From NCBI GenBank assembly GCA_045803545.1, contig JBJMOW010000002.1, positions 224,001 through 288,000 on the forward strand: a stretch of 64,000 nt of DNA. The letters are read 5' to 3'. This document shows positions 57,335 to 64,000 of the stretch, in pieces; positions within the stretch are counted from its first letter, which is position 1; each line of letters starts with the position of its first letter. The notes under the pieces were generated by a model. That model was not told where the DNA came from. It was given only the letters and a program-made list of their open reading frames with translations, and searched no databases. The translations under genes were made by a program, and so were the position numbers. The stretch is from Gemmatimonadaceae bacterium (GTDB lineage Bacteria > Gemmatimonadota > Gemmatimonadetes > Gemmatimonadales > Gemmatimonadaceae).

Positions 57335-58284
57335 CAAACAGCACCAACGCGCGCAACATCGCGCTCGGTCCCGGGCGCGAGTTCGACATCGTGCGGACTC
57401 TGCTCGATGAATGGGGACGGACAGCAGAGCGAATCGGCGACGACGCGGCCGTCCTCGAGGTCCCTCCAGGCGAGCGCGTAGTCGTCACAACGGACACCTC
57501 TGTCGAGGGCGTTCATTTCAAACGCGAGTGGCTCAATCATTTCGAGATCGGGTATCGCGCAACCGTCGCCTCGCTCAGCGATCTCGCGGCGATGGGAGCG
57601 CGTCCACTCGGAATCGTCATCGCACTGACCCTGCCCGACGGCGATCAACAGGAGGCACGCGAGCTCGCCACCGGAATTCGCGAGGGCGCGTCGGCGGTAA
57701 TGTGTCCAATCGTGGGCGGCGATCTGTCGTCGGGATTATCGCTATCGCTGACGATCACCGCGCTCGGCAGCGTCGCCAGACCTTTGACGAGGGCGGGTGC
57801 GAAAGTTGGCGATAAGGTCTATGTGACAGGAGAGCTCGGTGGGCCCGCGGCCGCATTACGCTCCTGGCTGGCTGGAACGCCGCCGAGTGAACGGGATCGT
57901 GCGAGGTTCGCCGCGCCGGTTCCTCGCATCGAGCCGGCAATTGCTCTGGCCGCACGCGGCGCTTCGTCGGCAATCGACATCTCGGACGGCCTCGTCGCCG
58001 ACGCGGGGCACGTTGCGGCTGCAAGCAACGTTGGCATAGAGATCGACGCCGAGCGCGTCCCGCGGGTTCCGGGTGTCACTAGTGAACAAGCAGTAGCATC
58101 CGGCGAGGAGTACGAGCTTATCGTTACGGCTAAGGACATCGACGCTCGCGCATTTTCGGCTGAATTCGGACTCGATCTGACGGAGATCGGCCGAGTGGTT
58201 GCCGGCCCCCCTCGAGCTACGCTGATGCAAAACGGTCGACCCATCGCGACACCAGGTGGATTCGATCACTTCGAGAGCAGATGA
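57331..58284 (+). CDS. thiL: thiamine-phosphate kinase
   Basis: GDDAA, VEGVHF, SDLAAMG, GGD, DISDGL, GEEYEL. Confidence 0.92.
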   Translation: MTNSTNARNIALGPGREFDIVRTLLDEWGRTAERIGDDAAVLEVPPGERVVVTTDTSVEGVHFKREWLNHFEIGYRATVASLSDLAAMGARPLGIVIALTLPDGDQQEARELATGIREGASAVMCPIVGGDLSSGLSLSLTITALGSVARPLTRAGAKVGDKVYVTGELGGPAAALRSWLAGTPPSERDRARFAAPVPRIEPAIALAARGASSAIDISDGLVADAGHVAAASNVGIEIDAERVPRVPGVTSEQAVASGEEYELIVTAKDIDARAFSAEFGLDLTEIGRVVAGPPRATLMQNGRPIATPGGFDHFESR

Positions 58285-59090
58285 TTTCTTTCATACGCAC
58301 TGTACTGCTGTATACGATGGCGTTTTTCGCCACGCTCACAATCGGCTCGACCGTCATCGTCGCTGCTCTACTGGGCGTCAAAGACAAGCCGGGTGGGCTA
58401 TTCGACAACGCGCCCCGCTGGTGGTCTTCGCTCATCCTCTGGGCTGCCGGAATCAAGGTGCGTGTCCATGGCATGGACAACGTGGAGGGCGTCGGTCCGC
58501 ACATCTTCGCCTCCAATCACGTGAGCTGGTTCGACGTGCCCGCCCTCGCCAAGATTCTCCCGCACTACAAGTTCGTCGCCAAAGCTGAGCTGTTCAAAGT
58601 TCCGATATTTGGTCAAGGCATGCGCTCAGTCGGTATGATCGAGATCCAGCGTGAGAACCGAAAAGCAGCGTTTGGCGCCTACGACGTAGCGGCGGAGAGG
58701 ATCCGTGGCGGCGCGTCGGTAGTCGTATTCCCGGAAGGTACCCGCGGTCGCGCTTACCCCCTGCGACCGTTCAAGAAGGGACCCTTTGTCCTCGCGATCG
58801 CCGCCGGGGCTCCGATCGTGCCGATCATCGTCCACGGCACGATTGAGATAATGCCAAAAGGCACTCTCAGGGTTCAGCCCGGCACGATCGATGTACATTT
58901 GCTGAAGCCTGTAAGCACTACCGGCTACGATTACGATCATCGTGAGGCGTTAATGGAGGCAGTAAGAACGAGAATGGCGGACGCGATGCGCGAGTTCTAC
59001 GGCGTCGATTCTCCGCCGTCTCCGCCATCGCGATTGACGTCATCGCGCGAACTTCTGTCCTCAGATAGTCTGCCCACCGAAACGCGGTAG
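58281..59090 (+). CDS. plsC: 1-acyl-sn-glycerol-3-phosphate acyltransferase
   Basis: NHVSWFD (NHxSxxD), FPEGTR, FKKG. Confidence 0.85.
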   Translation: MISFIRTVLLYTMAFFATLTIGSTVIVAALLGVKDKPGGLFDNAPRWWSSLILWAAGIKVRVHGMDNVEGVGPHIFASNHVSWFDVPALAKILPHYKFVAKAELFKVPIFGQGMRSVGMIEIQRENRKAAFGAYDVAAERIRGGASVVVFPEGTRGRAYPLRPFKKGPFVLAIAAGAPIVPIIVHGTIEIMPKGTLRVQPGTIDVHLLKPVSTTGYDYDHREALMEAVRTRMADAMREFYGVDSPPSPPSRLTSSRELLSSDSLPTETR

Positions 59091-60401
<1,311 letters not shown>

Positions 60402-60427
60402 ATCGAGCGCTGACGGTCTAGGATGTA

Positions 60428-60727
60428 ATGAAGCGATATGTATGGTGGGCGCTGATCGCAGCGGCGGTTTTTTTCGCATTGCAGGGTGGCGAGTACAGCA
60501 CCCGGGATCTGTTCCTGCTGCGCAATCGAACGGGCCGTTTGACCCATCAGGTCGATTCGCTCCAGCGACATGTTGATTCGCTGGCGCGATATCTACGACT
60601 GGTGAAAGGCGATAGCGCGACGCAGGAGCGCATTGCGCGCGAGGAATTCGGAATGGTTCGCGGCGACAAGGAGATTCTTTATCGCTTTGGCGACGCTCCC
60701 GGGTCTACCGGTGATAAACCGCGATGA
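60428..60727 (+). CDS. ftsB: septum formation initiator (FtsB/DivIC)
   Basis: TM helix, coiled coil, ERIAREEFGMVR; usual position after eno. Confidence 0.8.
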   Translation: MKRYVWWALIAAAVFFALQGGEYSTRDLFLLRNRTGRLTHQVDSLQRHVDSLARYLRLVKGDSATQERIAREEFGMVRGDKEILYRFGDAPGSTGDKPR

Positions 60728-60745
60728 TTACTTTACCAGTCTCAT

Positions 60746-60819
<74 letters not shown>

Positions 60820-60922
60820 TTTACTGTGATATCGAAGTTTAAATACCCACTCTAGTTCGCAGCTCGCAACTGATGCGACGTGCGGGCGAGAGTGGGTATT
60901 TGCACTTCGGCAGCGCGCGCAC

Positions 60923-60996
60923 GGCTGGGTAGCTCAGCTGGTTAGAGCACGGCACTCATAATGCCGGGGTCGCGGGTTCGAGTCCCGCCCCAGCTA
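60923..60996 (+). tRNA. elongator tRNA-Met(CAT)
   Basis: Cloverleaf, cggca-CTCATAA-tgccg arm; resembles elongator Met (Ile2 not fully excluded). Confidence 0.9.
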
Positions 60997-61093
60997 TTTC
61001 GGCGAAAGACGGGCAAGTCCCTAATCTCACAAAAGGTTACGGGCTTGCCCGTTCTGCATTCCGGCGGGCGCTTGACTGGTCACTGAACCACTT

Positions 61094-61115
61094 AAGCACC
61101 ACGAGAAGCACCACG
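61094..61115 (+). repeat. tandem (AG)AAGCACCACG repeat, putative integrase arm sites (left)
   Basis: aagcaccacg-agaagcaccacg. Confidence 0.7.
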
Positions 61116-61270
61116 GCCCTCCGGGAGCCAGAAATCCGCCCTCGGCGGAACCCGTTCACGTTCGATCCGCGCAACCTCACAACCGACCCGGTCAGGTGCG
61201 CTGAGATCGAGCGAGAGCAGGCAGCGCTCTTCGCGATGTGGCTGTCCGATACCTGGGCGAAGATCCTCTG

Positions 61271-61660
61271 ATGAAGGGCCCGAGCTTCAATCTGGTGCCC
61301 CTCAATCGGGACGAAGCCGACGCATTCGTTCGGCAGCACCATCGCCATCATGGTCGCTCAGCCGGCCACCGCTTCGCGCTGGGAGCAGCTGTCGGCAGCG
61401 AGATCGTCGCCGTCTGTCTTGTCGGACGTCCGGTCGCGCGCGGCAACCAAGACGGCTTCACCGTCGAAGTCACCCGCCTCGCGTCCGATGGGACGAAGAA
61501 CGCCTGCTCGTTTCTCTACGGGGCAGCCCGGCGAGCTGCTTTCGCGCTCGGCTTTCGGCGGATCATCACCTACACGCTGCCCGAAGAAGGCGGCGCGTCA
61601 CTCCGCGGTTCAGGGTTTCGTCTGGTCGGTGAGCGCGGCGGCGGGTCGTGGTCGGCCAGG
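61271..61660 (+). pseudogene. XF1762-like phage protein, 3' truncated
   Basis: AFVRQHHRHH, VGRPVAR, EVTRL, NACSFLYGAA, RIITYTL, GASLR, GGGSWS; similarity appears to stop after WS although the frame runs to 61783. Confidence 0.65.
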
Positions 61661-62162
61661 CACAGGACATCTGGCTGTCCGCTACGTCATCATGGGCCCG
61701 GTGCTGATGGTTTGGGGCGATCTCGAAAGCGCCGTCTACCGTTGGAGCTCGGTCATCTCGTGGAAGTTCCTCGCGGGGTGTGATCTCCAATATTTCGAAT
61801 CAAAGTGCGAGGCGAGTCCCAAGGGTCGGGACTACTTCGACTTCGACACTGATCTCGCCCTCGCGGACTTCGACGAGGTCATTAAACAGCGCGTCGACGA
61901 AGGTTGGGATGAATCGAACCCCGACCTTATAGCAGAAGCGCGGCGCACGATCAGGTACGGCGCTGATGAATGGCGCGAGTGGTTGCGCGCGAACGGCCAT
62001 GAACTGTTCGGCGACAGCTGGTATGAGTGGGTGCCAGACCTCGGAAAACGGATCGCTCAGACCTGCGCCGCGCACCTCGTCGGGATCAAGATGGCGGTCG
62101 CTCAAATGGCCGAAAAATCGACGGATTCTCAGCCCGCGTTGGCAGGCGCAGAAGCACCATGA
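61650..62162 (+). pseudogene. phage-like hypothetical protein, probably 5' truncated
   Basis: Protein-like only from RPGTGHLAVRY..VWGDLESAVYRW..DLQYFESKCEAS onward; the upstream part of ORF 61350 is shadow of the previous gene. Confidence 0.5.
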
Positions 62163-62173
62163 GAAGCACCATG
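62150..62173 (+). repeat. tandem AGAAGCACCATG repeat, putative integrase arm sites (right)
   Basis: agaagcaccatg-agaagcaccatg. Confidence 0.7.
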
Positions 62174-62254
62174 ACGCTGCGTGTAGGTGCCGCAGTACGC
62201 CGCACGATGCCGTTGGTAAGGCGGGTGTACGCTATTATAGTAGGGGCAACCCTA

Positions 62255-62299
62255 ACTCATAATGCCGGGGTCGGGAGTTCGAGTCTCCCCCCAGCTATT
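62255..62299 (+). repeat. displaced tRNA-Met 3' half (att site)
   Basis: Copy of anticodon loop to acceptor stem with no 5' half upstream. Confidence 0.88.
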
Positions 62300-62317
62300 C
62301 CCTAAACGCGGTCGGCA

Positions 62318-62470
62318 ATGACGATTCGGCGGATGGACAACGTCCTCATCGTTGTCGACGACCTCGAGGCGGCCAACGCTTTCTTTCGCCGAACTTGGTA
62401 TGGAGCTCGAAGGCGAGACGACGGTCGAGGCCGAGGGCATCATTCTCGGATTGGCCGAGGACCTCCGCTC
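62318..62470 (+). pseudogene. VOC/glyoxalase family remnant
   Basis: MTIRRMDNVLIVVDDLEAANAFF, frameshift, AELGMELEGETTVE joined directly to C-terminal-like EGIILGLAE. Confidence 0.65.
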
Positions 62471-63051
62471 ATACCGCGGAAGCGCAGTAGCAAAGACACG
62501 AGCGTCAACCCAATAACTGCCCCCACAGCGTTCAGAATCACGTCGTTGACGTCCGCTAATCGATAGCTACCCCAGGCTCGCGAAAAGTACTGAACGGTCT
62601 CGACGCTGATTGAAACAGCAATCGCGATCAGTATTCCCTTCAAAAAGCCGATACGCCTCCAGGCGAGCGGGATCAGGATGCCCAGCGGGACAAAGAGCAA
62701 CACGTTGCCCCTTGCGTTGTACAGGCAAAAGAATCGGGCATTCGGATCTGTGCGTGAGATCGCGGGCGGACAGGTCAGCGCTGCCAGATTTGGGTGCAGC
62801 TCCATTCCCATCGTATCGTCGGCATGCAAGCGCGATGGACGGTTGGGGGCGAGCGTAGCAGAGGCAAGGCCGGAGAGATAAAGGACGAAGGTCAGGAGCA
62901 CGAGTTCGCGTCGTAAAGCCAGCGGTTGTCTCGAAGTGCGAAGGCGGTACAACCGAAAGAGCAGCCAACACGGAACGACGATCGCGCTCAGGGCGAAAAA
63001 CGGAAAGAAAAAACTGCGATATACGAGAAACGGATAGAATAGACGAGGCAT
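62440..63051 (-). CDS. VanZ family protein
   Basis: GNVLLFVPLG, SISVETVQ, R.ADVNDVILNAVGA. Confidence 0.85.
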   Translation of the reverse strand: MPRLFYPFLVYRSFFFPFFALSAIVVPCWLLFRLYRLRTSRQPLALRRELVLLTFVLYLSGLASATLAPNRPSRLHADDTMGMELHPNLAALTCPPAISRTDPNARFFCLYNARGNVLLFVPLGILIPLAWRRIGFLKGILIAIAVSISVETVQYFSRAWGSYRLADVNDVILNAVGAVIGLTLVSLLLRFRGMSGGPRPIRE

Positions 63052-63080
63052 ATCGGCAGATCGTTGTTGACCGTAACCAC

Positions 63081-63118
63081 AAAAAAAAGGCCCGTCGAAT
63101 TTACGACGGGCCTTTTTT
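63081..63118. terminator. intrinsic terminator
   Basis: A8-ggcccgtcg-aattta-cgacgggcc-T6; U8 tail on minus strand just after the OmpA/Pal gene. Confidence 0.9.
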
Positions 63119-63130
63119 CTCAGGGCTGAT

Positions 63131-63703
63131 TTAGAAGCCAGTCAAAATCACAAACTCGTCGCGACGATTCTTGGAGCGGCAATCTTCTTCTCTGGTGGCT
63201 GTGCAAGCGGGACGCTCTTCGCCGTAGGCAGCGATGCGAATTCTCGAGCCATCGACGCCACGGTCCGTGAAGTAGCGGTGTGCGATCGCGGCGCGACGCT
63301 GACTCAGCGCGAGGTTGTACTCGTCCGAGCCGCTGTCATCAGCGTTTCCTTCGATGCGTAGCTGTACGCTCGGATTGCGCTGCAGCGCATCCACTTTCTG
63401 ATCGAGGAGGCGCATTCCCTCTTCGGTGACTTCGGATCGATCGAATTGGAAATAAACCGGAGTAGTGAGCGCTTCTCTGTCGCCCGCGCGGCTCTTCGAG
63501 CGCGCGGCAGCTGCCGCGGCAGCAGCCGCATCAGAGTCATTCGCGTCCGATTGAATCTTGGAGTTCTCGCGTTGCGCCGCATCCATTGCAGCGGCGGTTG
63601 CTGAAGTCGACGTCGATGGGGCAGTGGCCGCGTGATGCCGCGCGCAGGCGCTCGTCAACGCAGCAAACGAAAGCAATGAGATCGAAAGTATTGTTTTATG
63701 CAT
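63131..63703 (-). CDS. OmpA/Pal-like peptidoglycan-binding lipoprotein
   Basis: LTSAC lipobox; VYFQFDRS, IEGNAD, EYNLALSQRRA, YGEERP, NRR. Confidence 0.88.
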   Translation of the reverse strand: MHKTILSISLLSFAALTSACARHHAATAPSTSTSATAAAMDAAQRENSKIQSDANDSDAAAAAAAAARSKSRAGDREALTTPVYFQFDRSEVTEEGMRLLDQKVDALQRNPSVQLRIEGNADDSGSDEYNLALSQRRAAIAHRYFTDRGVDGSRIRIAAYGEERPACTATREEDCRSKNRRDEFVILTGF

Positions 63704-63814
63704 TGGGCTCAGGTCACAGGTGAGATTCATCTACCTGACGAACGACCTGTGAGTTCCGCCACTTAAGCTGAGCCGAAGAAGCGCCGGGACCCGCTTATTA
63801 CGCTTTCACACACC

Positions 63815-64000
63815 TCATCGGAAAAAACTCGCGTCGTCGTAATAGTCCGTGAAGCGTTTGATCCTGCCGTCGTCGACTTCAACGACCGATGCGCCGCGAC
63901 CGGAGGTCCGTCGATTGGAAACCTGCTTGCCTGACGGATCTTTTCCAGTGTAAGTGCCTGTCCAGGTCCATTCGATGCCGACGAGGCGGCCGTCTTCCAT
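63815..64000 (-). CDS. SnoaL-like/NTF2 family protein (5' end outside window)
   Basis: EWTWTGT...GASVVEVDDGRIKRFTDYYD. Confidence 0.7.
   Translation of the reverse strand: MEDGRLVGIEWTWTGTYTGKDPSGKQVSNRRTSGRGASVVEVDDGRIKRFTDYYDDASFFR

Larger units (their letters stand above)
60954..62299 (+). mobile_element. 1.3-kb tRNA-Met-integrated prophage/island remnant without integrase
   Basis: 45-bp direct repeat 60954-60998 / 62255-62299 (41/45) starting at the anticodon loop; phage-like gene fragments inside. Confidence 0.85.

Noticed and set aside
61350..62162. Single 270-aa protein as listed in the ORF track
   Set aside because: First 100 codons are an alternate frame of the XF1762-like gene and look non-coding
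62255..62299. A fourth tRNA gene
   Set aside because: No acceptor 5' strand or D-arm upstream; only a 3' half
63705..63774. Paired segments upstream of the OmpA/Pal gene as a riboswitch
   Set aside because: Only 7-8 bp stems and no recognisable aptamer; could be chance

Overview
GC-rich bacterial chromosome segment, most likely from a Gemmatimonadota member (inferred from the small hypothetical families and gene order, not from a search). Most of it is core genome: M14 and S9 peptidases, pxpABC, valS-selA-gmhB-purN-purH, thrS, a thiolase/acyl-CoA/leucine dehydrogenase-rpiB-glyA-nnr-thiL-plsC-eno-ftsB run and three tRNAs (Ser-TGA, fMet, Met). The most striking accessory feature is a 1.3-kb integrase-less island at elongator tRNA-Met (60954-62299). 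It is bounded by a 45-bp duplicated tRNA 3' half whose 4 mismatches are compensatory T-stem pairs, carries paired 12-bp arm-type repeats at both ends, and contains only joined phage-gene fragments. Other notable items: a TsdA-like diheme cytochrome coupled to a Tat-exported DsrE-like protein; a 12-kb glycoside 3-oxidation-type sugar cluster with two GMC/subunit-3 pairs; several long imperfect intergenic inverted repeats, two with 7-nt periodicity; and recurrent sigma54-like and ECF-like promoter motifs. No CRISPR array, rRNA or intact transposase/integrase was seen. All calls come from reading motifs by eye; no searches were run.
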